From Firmicutes bacterium ADurb.Bin182 (GTDB taxonomy: Bacteria > Bacillota > Clostridia > Christensenellales > CAG-138), in NCBI GenBank assembly GCA_002070205.1, contig MWCU01000054.1, positions 11,968 through 75,967 of the forward strand: a stretch of 64,000 nt of DNA, written 5' to 3'. This document shows, piece by piece, positions 54,310 to 62,858 of the stretch (position 1 is the first letter of the stretch; each line of letters begins with the position of its first letter). A program made the position numbers and the translations under genes. The notes beneath the pieces are model-generated. The model was not told the origin of the DNA and made no database searches. It saw only the letters and a list, made by a program, of their open reading frames with translations.

Positions 54310-54352
54310 TAGTCTATAATGATAGACTGAATATGGTCGATTACGATAGACT
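54310..54352 (+). promoter_or_regulatory. candidate BlaI-type operator (TAGTCTA-N6-TAGACT dyad plus an extra GATAGACT box)
   Basis: Dyad at 54310-54328 and a third half-site at 54345-54352, immediately upstream of the repressor gene. Confidence 0.35.
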
Positions 54353-54369
54353 GGGAGCCGGAGGCAGGT

Positions 54370-54735
54370 ATGGAAAGGAATTTAAAGCTTTACGACGCTG
54401 AATATCGTATGGTAAATATCGTTTGGAAAAACGAGCCCCTGCACTCCAGAGAACTCACAGAGCTTTGCGCGAAGCAGCTCGGATGGAAGCGCAGCACTAC
54501 TTATACCGTATTGAAAAAGCTATGTGACCGAGGTATTTTAAAGAATGATTCAGCAATCGTCACATCTCTTGTTTCGCAAGGCGAGGTGCAGCGCTATGAG
54601 GCGGAAGCGGTCATGGGAAAAAGCTTTGGCGGCTCTTTGCCTAAGTTTATAACGGCATTTTTGGATGATAAAAAGCTGTCGGCCGAGCAAGTCTCGGAAA
54701 TCAAACGCCTGATCGACAGATATAAGGAGGATTGA
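54370..54735 (+). CDS. BlaI/MecI/CopY-family transcriptional repressor
   Basis: 121-aa winged helix (WKRSTTYTVLKKLCDRGIL). Translationally coupled to the M56 gene. Confidence 0.85.
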   Translation: MERNLKLYDAEYRMVNIVWKNEPLHSRELTELCAKQLGWKRSTTYTVLKKLCDRGILKNDSAIVTSLVSQGEVQRYEAEAVMGKSFGGSLPKFITAFLDDKKLSAEQVSEIKRLIDRYKED

Positions 54736-56834
54736 TCATGTTTGAGAACGTTTTTATTGCAGTACTCAACATGAGCATTACCGCGTCCTATGCCGCTGTA
54801 TTCATAATTCTTTTGCGTCTGCTTTTAAAAAAAGCTCCAAAGTCAATTTCATATGCACTGTGGTCTGTGGTTTTGCTGCGGGCAATATGCCCCGTTTCTT
54901 TCTCATCTGTAATCAGCTTGTTTGGCAGGCTCGGTACGGTTAATACAGCAGCGGGTAATGGGACGATTCGCTATATTCCGGAAAATATGGGCATGAGCGC
55001 CGTACCTGCTGTTAATGTTGGAATTGCAAACGTGAACATTGTTATTAACGAGAGTCTCTCCGCTGCCACTCCCACGAGCAGTGTTAATCCCATGCAGCTC
55101 ATAATAACCGCCGGTATGATCATTTGGTTGATCGGTGCTATGGCAATGATGGCGTACAGCATCATTGCCTATATAGTTCTAAGGCGCAGAATATCCACTG
55201 CCGTACACATTGAAAACAATATTTATGAAAGTGACCTTATCAGCACAGCATTTGTATGCGGTTTCATCAAACCGCGGATATACCTGCCCGTTGGAATGGA
55301 TGAAAACAGCAGGAGTTTTGTGTTGGCTCATGAGCGGATCCATATACGGCGGCGCGATCATCTCATCAAGCCGGCTGCGTTTTTGGTTTTGTCGATGCAT
55401 TGGTTCAATCCGTTTATGTGGGCAGCGTATTTTTTAATGGGAAAAGATATGGAAATGAGCTGTGACGAGCGTGTTTTAAAAAGCATCGGGCTAGATGAAA
55501 AAGCAAATTACGGCACAGCATTGCTGACTCTTTCGGCAGGGCGGCGGATCATAGCAGGAAGCCCGTTGGCGTTTGGTGAGAGCAATACCAGATCGCGCGT
55601 GAAAAACGTGCTCAATTATAGAAAACCGGCATTTTGGATGGCTTTCTTCGCAATAGCACTGGTCGCAGCTGTCGGTGTGAGTCTGCTTGCAAATCCAAAA
55701 ACGCCTGAACCGACTGACCTTGCGCCGGAAATTCCCGCCGTACCTGACGCAAGTCCGGGCGAAGAGCAACCGGCAACGCCTTTCCCAACGGTCACCACCG
55801 ATATTCCCGATGGTTTTATAATAAACGCAGCCGGTGCTGCCGACTCTGAGGTGTCCGCCATATTCGCCGTTGAAAAGAACAGCCTTTACATCCAAACGCT
55901 TGCCGAACAGGACATTCACTTATATATCTATGCGCGGCAGGATTGGCATGACGGTGCGCTTATATTGGCGGGGGTATCCCCCAGGGGCGAGACCGCTCCC
56001 GAGCTTTATTTCATAAACAGCAGCGGCGCGGTCATGCGCACGAGCGGCTCCGACTGTTGGAGCATCAACTATACCCATTATGAAGGCGAAACCATCGTGT
56101 TTGGAAAATCTTTCGCGTGGGATAACGGACCGCTTGCCACAGATGAAGTAAGGGCAGAATTTTGGGGCACAGAAGCCGTATCCGTGCCGATGGAATATAT
56201 TCCGAATGAAGATAATGAAATAACGCGCGGCTTTATTTGCACGACACCCTCCGTAACATGGCTAAAATCGCTTAAAATATTAAGAGACGGTAAAACTGTC
56301 ACGGATGATGGGAGCGGCCAGTTCATTTACAGTCCGGAAAACGAGCCGTGGTATGGCGAGGCGGAGAGCATTCGCAACCGAACGCGTTACGTATGGATGT
56401 CCGATGCACTGCCTGCCGCTCAAAAAATAAACGTTTTAGATTTCTTTGGCGGTTACCCGTCGGTCACAGTCGAAACGGGAGTTGCCGCCCAACCGAGCAT
56501 TACCCGTGCGCTTACATATTGGCCGGATTGTTCGGCGCATAAGGGCATATCCCCCGATATATGGCACAGCAACAACGGCTTATACGATAGGGTCAGCGTA
56601 AAGGCGGGAAGTAAAATAACAGCTGAGGTATCGGCGGTGACCGATGATTCTCAAGACCATCAGAAAGTATCGGACCTTGCCATATCCAAGATATACTGGG
56701 CAGACTTATCCATAAACAGCGATGATTTGTGCATAACCGAAGGCGAGCTTGTAAGCCCCGCAAAAAAGGGATATTATGTACTTGTTCTGTATACGGACTA
56801 TGGATACTTCTCTCAAACAGTGAGAGTCGTATGA
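54732..56834 (+). CDS. BlaR1-like M56 peptidase signal transducer with a non-canonical ~370-aa extracellular domain
   Basis: Four TM helices. HEXXH motif LAHERIHIRRRDH. The C-terminal domain shows no SxxK/KTG penicillin-binding motifs. Confidence 0.75.
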   Translation: MIMFENVFIAVLNMSITASYAAVFIILLRLLLKKAPKSISYALWSVVLLRAICPVSFSSVISLFGRLGTVNTAAGNGTIRYIPENMGMSAVPAVNVGIANVNIVINESLSAATPTSSVNPMQLIITAGMIIWLIGAMAMMAYSIIAYIVLRRRISTAVHIENNIYESDLISTAFVCGFIKPRIYLPVGMDENSRSFVLAHERIHIRRRDHLIKPAAFLVLSMHWFNPFMWAAYFLMGKDMEMSCDERVLKSIGLDEKANYGTALLTLSAGRRIIAGSPLAFGESNTRSRVKNVLNYRKPAFWMAFFAIALVAAVGVSLLANPKTPEPTDLAPEIPAVPDASPGEEQPATPFPTVTTDIPDGFIINAAGAADSEVSAIFAVEKNSLYIQTLAEQDIHLYIYARQDWHDGALILAGVSPRGETAPELYFINSSGAVMRTSGSDCWSINYTHYEGETIVFGKSFAWDNGPLATDEVRAEFWGTEAVSVPMEYIPNEDNEITRGFICTTPSVTWLKSLKILRDGKTVTDDGSGQFIYSPENEPWYGEAESIRNRTRYVWMSDALPAAQKINVLDFFGGYPSVTVETGVAAQPSITRALTYWPDCSAHKGISPDIWHSNNGLYDRVSVKAGSKITAEVSAVTDDSQDHQKVSDLAISKIYWADLSINSDDLCITEGELVSPAKKGYYVLVLYTDYGYFSQTVRVV

Positions 56835-56840
56835 GGGAAA

Positions 56841-57698
56841 ATGGAATCACACACAAACGCGCCTATGAATGAAATAATCGAAAGCATCGCAAAGGAAAAG
56901 GGCTTTGCGAAGGTTTTCTTTTTGCCCTGCGAGCCTCTTGACCGGCATATTTTTGAAGCTCAAAAGGAAGGTCAAGTCGCCTCCGCCCTTAAACTGCCGC
57001 ATGACCCGCTATCGGTTTATCCATGGGCAAAATGCGTGCTGCTGCTCATTTGGGCATATGAACCGTTCGCTCCGGATGAACGCATACCGGCATACTACCT
57101 TGCGTCAAACAAGGCATATCACGCGGCAAAGGAAGTCGCCGCAGAAATCAAGGCGTCGGGATTTCGATCCGAGCTCATCAACCTTCCCGCCCGTTCACTC
57201 GCGCTTCAAAACGGAATAGGCTCCGCCGGCAAAAACGGTTTGCTTGCGCTCAAGGGGTTAGGCACCCGCATAGCCCTGTATACGCTTGTCACCGACGCAT
57301 GCGGTCCCGTCAAGCCGAATGAACCTGTTCCCGATGAGTGCGGGGAGTGCAATGCGTGCTCGCTGGCCTGCCCCGCGGGCGCTATCGGCGCAGGACTTAC
57401 TCCAGTAAAATGCATGCGCTACGAAATGGATACGGGGGAGCATCCCGAATGGGTGAACGCCGTAATGCCGGGATTCCTCGGCTGCGAGATTTGCCAGCAC
57501 GTATGCCCCAAAAACGCGGGCTTGCGGGTTATTGAGCCTTCGGATGACGTCAAGAGAGCGTTTGAGCTCAAACGTCTGCTTTCGGGGGACGACGCGGAAG
57601 CCCGAAGGCTCGCCGGCAAAAACATGACCAAAGAAGGAAAGCTTATAAACGAAGCGCGCGTATTTGCGCAAAGAGACGGTATTTTAACCGAAAAATAA
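56841..57698 (+). CDS. QueG-like 4Fe-4S double-cluster protein (epoxyqueuosine reductase family?)
   Basis: CGECNACSLACPAGAI and CEICQHVCPKN motifs. Shorter than canonical QueG. Confidence 0.5.
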   Translation: MESHTNAPMNEIIESIAKEKGFAKVFFLPCEPLDRHIFEAQKEGQVASALKLPHDPLSVYPWAKCVLLLIWAYEPFAPDERIPAYYLASNKAYHAAKEVAAEIKASGFRSELINLPARSLALQNGIGSAGKNGLLALKGLGTRIALYTLVTDACGPVKPNEPVPDECGECNACSLACPAGAIGAGLTPVKCMRYEMDTGEHPEWVNAVMPGFLGCEICQHVCPKNAGLRVIEPSDDVKRAFELKRLLSGDDAEARRLAGKNMTKEGKLINEARVFAQRDGILTEK

Positions 57699-57801
57699 CA
57701 ATAATTTGAGTGAAACGTAAAACATTTGTGATACATCGGTTATTACGATATGTTATAATACAGCCGTAAGAATCAATAATCATCCCCTTTCAGTTTTATT
57801 C

Positions 57802-57829
57802 AGCCGCCTTATCGGAGGCGGTTTTTTTT
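57802..57829 (+). terminator. Rho-independent terminator
   Basis: AGCCGCC-TTATCGGA-GGCGGT followed by T8. Confidence 0.7.
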
Positions 57830-57842
57830 GCGGCAATGATCA

Positions 57843-57882
57843 ACAAAAAATAAATCCGCCGGCGCAATATCGCGCCGGCGGG
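57843..57882 (-). terminator. Rho-independent terminator of the SRP RNA
   Basis: Minus strand: CCGCCGGCGC-GATATT-GCGCCGGCGG, followed by ATTTATTTTTT. Confidence 0.8.
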
Positions 57883-57895
57883 TTATTAAAATTAT

Positions 57896-58164
57896 GCCGC
57901 GCACCCGTCCTTTGACAAAGCGCCTCCGGGCGGTATGCAGGCAGGCGGCTCCTTCCGGGCGTCCCCGCGGCACACCGCCTTTTCCGCTTAATGCTGCTTC
58001 CGTCAGGACCTGACATGCTTCACGGACGGCGATTGCACGGGACCCGGATATCAACGCTCCTTGCCTGCGCCGGACCCCACAGGCACCCGCCGGGGGACGG
58101 GACTTCAGCCCTGCTGTAGCGGATTGCAGGTACAGGGCACCGCTGTCTCCCCGCTTAGCGCGGC
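57896..58164 (-). ncRNA. ffs: signal recognition particle RNA, long (Alu-domain-containing) Firmicutes type
   Basis: Minus strand contains the domain IV core GTCAGGTCCTGACGGAAGCAGCATTAAG and an Alu-like 5' part GGTGCCCTGTACCTGCAATCCGCTACAGCAGGGCTGAA. The termini GCCGCGC/GCGCGGC pair. Confidence 0.85.
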
Positions 58165-58191
58165 AAACTTTGATTCCTCAGGTATTCTACT

Positions 58192-58220
58192 ATTCTACAC
58201 GCGGCGCGAGCCGATTGCAA
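58192..58220 (-). promoter_or_regulatory. sigma70-like promoter of the SRP RNA
   Basis: Minus strand: TTGCAA, 17-nt spacer, TAGAAT. Confidence 0.5.
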
Positions 58221-58273
58221 GCGTTAAAGGTTTCCTTTGTTTAGGAGGCGGACGCCTTGCTTTTATTGTTATA

Positions 58274-58302
58274 TTGACAAATATATGTCAAAAGTATAGA
58301 AT
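58274..58302 (+). promoter_or_regulatory. promoter with embedded 18-bp palindrome upstream of the ABC operon
   Basis: TTGACA, 17-nt spacer, TAGAAT. TTGACAAATATATGTCAA is a perfect inverted repeat covering the -35 box and the spacer. Confidence 0.5.
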
Positions 58303-58373
58303 TGACGATGTGTATTTATTTGTTTGTATATTGTCTTAAATGCGTAATTTATTATCCAAAAGGAAGATAATTT

Positions 58374-59288
58374 ATGGATAAGATCATAGAAGTAAAGGGC
58401 TTGAAAAAATCATACGGAAGCGTGCAGGCTGTTCGCGGTATCGACTTTTATGTCGAGAGGGGCAAATTGTTCGCTTTTCTCGGGCCGAACGGCGCGGGGA
58501 AATCCACGACCATCGATATCATAAGCACTCTGCTTAAGCCCGACGAAGGCAGCGTGACGGTCGATTCGCTGATTCTCGGCAGGGATGACGTGAAGATCCG
58601 TGAAAAAGTGGGCACCATGTTTCAGGACAGCTTGCTGGACGACGAGCTCACCGTCAGGGAAAATCTCCGTGTTCGCGGCAGCTTCTACGGCATGAGCAAG
58701 GCAAAGCTCGAAAGCGCGGTGGATGAGGCCGCGAAAGCCGCCGGGCTTGAAGGCTTTTTGGACAGAAGATACGGAAAGCTCTCCGGAGGACAGCGCCGCA
58801 GAACTGACATAGCGCGGGCGCTTTTGAACGCTCCGGATATACTCATACTGGATGAGCCGACTACCGGCCTTGACCCTCAGACCCGCAAAAGCATATGGGA
58901 TACTATTCGTTTGCTTCAAACGAAAAACGGCATGACCGTGTTTTTGACTACTCATTACATGGAAGAAGCGGACAACGCCGATTTCGTCGTCGTGATAGAC
59001 GACGGTTTGATCGCCGCAAAAGGCACGCCTTCCGAGCTGAAAGAAAGATATACGTCCGATATCCTGAAAATCACGCCGAAGCAAAACGATGCGCTTGCGG
59101 AGCTTTTGAACGAAATGGGACTGGATTATTTTTCGGCCGGAGGCGCAGTTCATATAAAGATTCAAAGTTCTTTTGACGCTTTGCCGGTAATCGAGCGCTG
59201 TAAGGATTTGATAAGCAGCTTTGAAGTGCACAGCGGGACGATGGATGACGCTTTTATCGGGATAACCGGGAAGGAGATAAGAGAATGA
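58374..59288 (+). CDS. ABC transporter ATP-binding protein (ABC-2/DrrA-like)
   Basis: Walker A GPNGAGKST, signature LSGGQRRR, Walker B ILILDEPT. Confidence 0.9.
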   Translation: MDKIIEVKGLKKSYGSVQAVRGIDFYVERGKLFAFLGPNGAGKSTTIDIISTLLKPDEGSVTVDSLILGRDDVKIREKVGTMFQDSLLDDELTVRENLRVRGSFYGMSKAKLESAVDEAAKAAGLEGFLDRRYGKLSGGQRRRTDIARALLNAPDILILDEPTTGLDPQTRKSIWDTIRLLQTKNGMTVFLTTHYMEEADNADFVVVIDDGLIAAKGTPSELKERYTSDILKITPKQNDALAELLNEMGLDYFSAGGAVHIKIQSSFDALPVIERCKDLISSFEVHSGTMDDAFIGITGKEIRE

Positions 59289-60139
59289 AGGGATTGACCA
59301 GAAGGAACCTCTTGATGTTCTTCAGAGACCGCTCCAACGTGTTCTTTTCCATGCTTGCGGTCATCATAGTTTTTATGCTTTACATACTGTTCCTCGGCGA
59401 TATGTATGCTGGAAATTTCCAAGGCGAGGGAGTGCGGTCGATGATGAATTACTGGCTCATGGCGGGGCTTATAACCGTTACGACTGTGACCTCTACTCTC
59501 GGCGCGTTTTCGTTGATACCTTATGACAGAGAGACAAAACGCATAAAAGATTTTAATTCTTCGCCGCTCAGCGGGGCGGAAATCAGCGCCGCTTATATCA
59601 TAAGCGCGCTCGTTATAGGCGTTATAATGAGTCTAATCGCCTTGATCTGCGCGCAGGCGTATATTTTGCTTCAGGGCGGCGTCTTGATGCGCCTTGAAAC
59701 ACTGGCCAAGACTTTGGGGCTTATTGTGCTTTCGGTGATCTCCGGCAGCGCAATGGTATATTTGATGGCGGCGCTGTTCAAAAGCAGGAACGCGTTCGGC
59801 ACCGCATTTTCCGTTACGTCCACGCTGCTCGGCTTTCTGACCGGCATATATATTCCCATAGGATATCTCCCGAAAGCCGTTCAGGGCTTTATAAAGGTAT
59901 TCCCGTCCGCTCATGCCGCCGCACTTATGCGCCAGGTGCTTATGGAGGATTCGATGGCAAAGGTTTTCGCCGGCGCGCCCGCTGCAATCATAGAGGAGAA
60001 TTCACAGGTTCTGGGCGTAATGTTTAAGATCGGCGATCAAACAGTAAGCCCGCTTGCAAGCGTTTTGATTTTGCTTGGCTCGTCTCTTCTGTTCTTTGCG
60101 CTTGCGATCGCGATCATGTCCGGGAAAAGGCGGGACTGA
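59285..60139 (+). CDS. ABC-2 type transporter permease
   Basis: 4-nt overlap with the ATPase gene. Six TM helices. Confidence 0.8.
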   Translation: MKGLTRRNLLMFFRDRSNVFFSMLAVIIVFMLYILFLGDMYAGNFQGEGVRSMMNYWLMAGLITVTTVTSTLGAFSLIPYDRETKRIKDFNSSPLSGAEISAAYIISALVIGVIMSLIALICAQAYILLQGGVLMRLETLAKTLGLIVLSVISGSAMVYLMAALFKSRNAFGTAFSVTSTLLGFLTGIYIPIGYLPKAVQGFIKVFPSAHAAALMRQVLMEDSMAKVFAGAPAAIIEENSQVLGVMFKIGDQTVSPLASVLILLGSSLLFFALAIAIMSGKRRD

Positions 60140-60171
60140 CACGCATGGCGTATTTAAAAAGCATGGGGCTC

Positions 60172-60349
60172 TCCGGAAATGGGCGGGCGATTCGTGAATC
60201 GCCCCTACATATAGGTAAACATGTCAGCGAAACACAATATATTGTAGGGAACGATCTGGGGCGTCTTGTTTTCTCCCTATAAACATTAATCAAAGAAAAA
60301 AGACGCTCAAAGTGTCGTTCCGAATTTGTATTTCCGGACAAACCCTTTC
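60172..60349 (+). repeat. GGGCGATTC-hairpin element, copy 2 (with 60-nt insertion in one loop)
   Basis: See 33576-33702. Has a 9-bp terminal inverted repeat TCCGGAAAT / ATTTCCGGA. Confidence 0.85.
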
Positions 60350-60390
60350 TCATCATGCTATGCCAAACGGTATCTAAACTTTACGCAATT

Positions 60391-60885
60391 TCACAGGATC
60401 GATTCCGCGAAGGATGCGATTGCCTGCCAATCGCGATAATCGCCTTCTGGCGCTTTCACGTTTTTTATGATCCACTTTTCAAAGGAACTCAGTTCATTTA
60501 TTATCAGCTTACCTCCAAAGCAGGTAATAGCGCGCGGATGTATGCGGTCGATTACCGGCTGAAGATTCTTTGGGTAAAACTGGCCATCCATATGTTCAAC
60601 AGGGTCTTCCGGACCGGTCGGGCCGCTTATAAAGAGCCAGACCGGTAGTTTTTCCAATACCTCTGTGTTTTTTTTCAGGAACTGCACGGCATTTCTATGC
60701 CAAAGCCCGTAGTAGACCGAACTGCCGAGGATGATCTTGCTATAAGGAGTCAGATCTTTTACTTTACCCGCATCCAGCACATCCGCCTGCAAGCCTTTTT
60801 GCCTGAGAATTTCACCTATTCTTTCGGCTATTTGCGCGGTCGAGCCTCTTTTTGATCCGTAAGCCACCAATATTTTCTTATCCAT
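60391..60885 (-). CDS. flavodoxin-domain protein (HemG-like)
   Basis: KILVAYGSKRGSTAQIAERI FMN-phosphate loop. Confidence 0.7.
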   Translation of the reverse strand: MDKKILVAYGSKRGSTAQIAERIGEILRQKGLQADVLDAGKVKDLTPYSKIILGSSVYYGLWHRNAVQFLKKNTEVLEKLPVWLFISGPTGPEDPVEHMDGQFYPKNLQPVIDRIHPRAITCFGGKLIINELSSFEKWIIKNVKAPEGDYRDWQAIASFAESIL

Positions 60886-61561
60886 TGATCACCACTCCTT
60901 TTTCAATGTCATGAGCGCATCCCGATATAAATGCGAGAATAAAGAACAGCAGTCCGGCGCTTAAAGTATAAACCATTGACATACTGATACTTTCCGGATC
61001 GGTTACGCCGGGCATAAATCCGAATATCGCTATTTGCAGCGTAAAAAGCACAAGCAGCGAACCTGCAATCAGGAAAGGAAGCCACAGTTTCAGTATAAAC
61101 TTCCTGAGACCTTGGGGCAAGACCTTTCGCCACCAATAGAGCGGCTTGCGGATCCGCGTGGACATTGCCCATCCTATCATAAAGAAGATCACCTGACCTA
61201 TCCCGCCGCCCACTAGAAACAGCAGTATAAACAGCGACAGGAAAACAAGGGGCGCATGCTTTCTGTGCATAAAGCCGGCTGACCAGATGATGACGGCAAT
61301 ACCCGTCAGCATAGCGGCAATACCGGTTATCAGAAAATTCGGGATGACGGTAAAGGCGGGCTCATTCCCATGAAGCCACATTCTGTTTGCTTCTCCGATA
61401 GCCTCGATCATAAAACCGTTCGTTGCCGTATTGCCTTGCAGTGCTTCAAAAAAGCCGTGGCCAATGCCGCCGATGCCGAAAATGACGCCGATTGCGGCTG
61501 TGATCGTCTTGATCGCGCGGTTAAGGCCTTGCCTTGCGTCAATAGTTTTTTCGCTGTTCAT
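60878..61561 (-). CDS. hypothetical 6-TM membrane protein
   Basis: 227 aa and hydrophobic. Overlaps both neighbours, consistent with an operon. Confidence 0.6.
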   Translation of the reverse strand: MNSEKTIDARQGLNRAIKTITAAIGVIFGIGGIGHGFFEALQGNTATNGFMIEAIGEANRMWLHGNEPAFTVIPNFLITGIAAMLTGIAVIIWSAGFMHRKHAPLVFLSLFILLFLVGGGIGQVIFFMIGWAMSTRIRKPLYWWRKVLPQGLRKFILKLWLPFLIAGSLLVLFTLQIAIFGFMPGVTDPESISMSMVYTLSAGLLFFILAFISGCAHDIEKGVVING

Positions 61562-62142
61562 TACTTTTCCTCCTTGATTCGCTTAAATAATATACAATCG
61601 ACCATTTGATTGATTGTTTGCTTTCTCTTTTTTTCATCGAAAAAGTCAGTATTCAAATATCTGCCATAAAGTTCAGGTTTGAGCACGATATGGTGAAACG
61701 GGATCATGAGCTGCAACGCGATGATATTTAACTCTGATTCATCACAATCAGTAAAAATCTCTCTCAGCAAGGGTATTACCATTTTACAGGAATTTCCACA
61801 GCCGGATTTCAGTTCGAGTGATATGGCAATCTTGCAGATATTATGGTATTTGAATGCTGTATCTGCCGTTTCGAGCAGCATGTTTTTCAGCCTTGTTTCA
61901 GGGTCGCTATCCAAACGATTATTTTGGCCGGACTGCTCGATGATATCTCCCATCATAGTTCCTACGACCTCGGAGAGAAGGTTCTCTTTTGACCTGTAGT
62001 AATAATTGACTAGCGCAAGATTCACACCCGCTTTTGACGCGATTTCCCTTGTCGTTATTTGCTGCTCTGTTTTCCCCTCAGCCACTAATTCCATTGCGGC
62101 CAGGAATATTTTCTCTTTTGCGGTCGATTCATCGGTGCTCAT
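61561..62142 (-). CDS. TetR/AcrR-family transcriptional regulator
   Basis: N-terminal HTH TTREIASKAGVNLALVNYYYRSKENLL. Confidence 0.85.
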   Translation of the reverse strand: MSTDESTAKEKIFLAAMELVAEGKTEQQITTREIASKAGVNLALVNYYYRSKENLLSEVVGTMMGDIIEQSGQNNRLDSDPETRLKNMLLETADTAFKYHNICKIAISLELKSGCGNSCKMVIPLLREIFTDCDESELNIIALQLMIPFHHIVLKPELYGRYLNTDFFDEKKRKQTINQMVDCILFKRIKEEK

Positions 62143-62156
62143 TAAATGTGCTCCTT

Positions 62157-62183
62157 ATTAAACATGATTAAATCATGTTTAAT
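62157..62183. promoter_or_regulatory. perfect 27-bp palindrome, candidate TetR operator
   Basis: ATTAAACATGATT-A-AATCATGTTTAAT, 15 nt upstream of the tetR start. Confidence 0.6.
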
Positions 62184-62293
62184 ATTATGCTCAATATTTG
62201 GAAATGTCAATAGGGTTTTTTTATTTCTTAATGATTCTGATAATCTAAGTTTGAGGAATACAGGTATTAAAGCAAATCAGTAAAACCGTAAAC

Positions 62294-62338
62294 AAAAAAA
62301 TATCCCCGATATGTTTCCGTGAACGCATATCGGGGATA
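62294..62338 (-). terminator. Rho-independent terminator of the apbE/FMN-bind operon
   Basis: Minus strand: TATCCCCGATATG ... CATATCGGGGATA 13-bp stem, followed by T7. Confidence 0.8.
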
Positions 62339-62381
62339 AATCAGGGTTGACAGATTTACTTTGATCCGAAAACTCACGGGA

Positions 62382-62858
62382 TCACTGTTTTTCCTGCGCC
62401 TGCATCAAAGCGTTTTCAAGCGCTTTAAGGTGCGATTTTGAGGTTACCGTCGCGCCGCTTATCACGTCCACTTGAAGAGTCTGTGATTTGACCGATCTGC
62501 CGAATAGGTCATCAACAGTTTGATCGTTTGTCATCTTTACAGGCTTTCCGTCCTTATCCACAGCTCCTTTGAGCACTTTGATATCGGATATCTCGCCCCC
62601 GGATACGGTTACCTCGACTTTAGTATCCCTTAAATGAGATTTTGTCCCTTTATATTCCCCGATATAGGTACCGTCTTTAAGGTTTTTAAAATCTACCGGC
62701 GCAAACGTAAGTTCCGCGATTTCACGCCTTCCCGGCGCATCGGCTAAAACTCCTGCCAATAAGCCGCCCCCTGCTACCACTGCAATCAATATTGCTACCC
62801 ACATTTTCTTTTTCCCCTTTCTTTTATCTGTTTTTTTCATTTTTTTTGTTCCCTTCAT
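62382..62858 (-). CDS. membrane-anchored FMN-binding domain protein
   Basis: Lys-rich N-terminus plus one TM helix. Flavinylation motif DVISGATVTS. Confidence 0.8.
   Translation of the reverse strand: MKGTKKMKKTDKRKGKKKMWVAILIAVVAGGGLLAGVLADAPGRREIAELTFAPVDFKNLKDGTYIGEYKGTKSHLRDTKVEVTVSGGEISDIKVLKGAVDKDGKPVKMTNDQTVDDLFGRSVKSQTLQVDVISGATVTSKSHLKALENALMQAQEKQ

Noticed and set aside
57809-58339. ORFs of 81 aa (minus strand) and 92 aa (plus strand).
   Set aside because: They overlap the SRP RNA gene and its promoter.
58410-59231. 273-aa minus-strand ORF.
   Set aside because: It lies antisense within the ABC ATPase gene.
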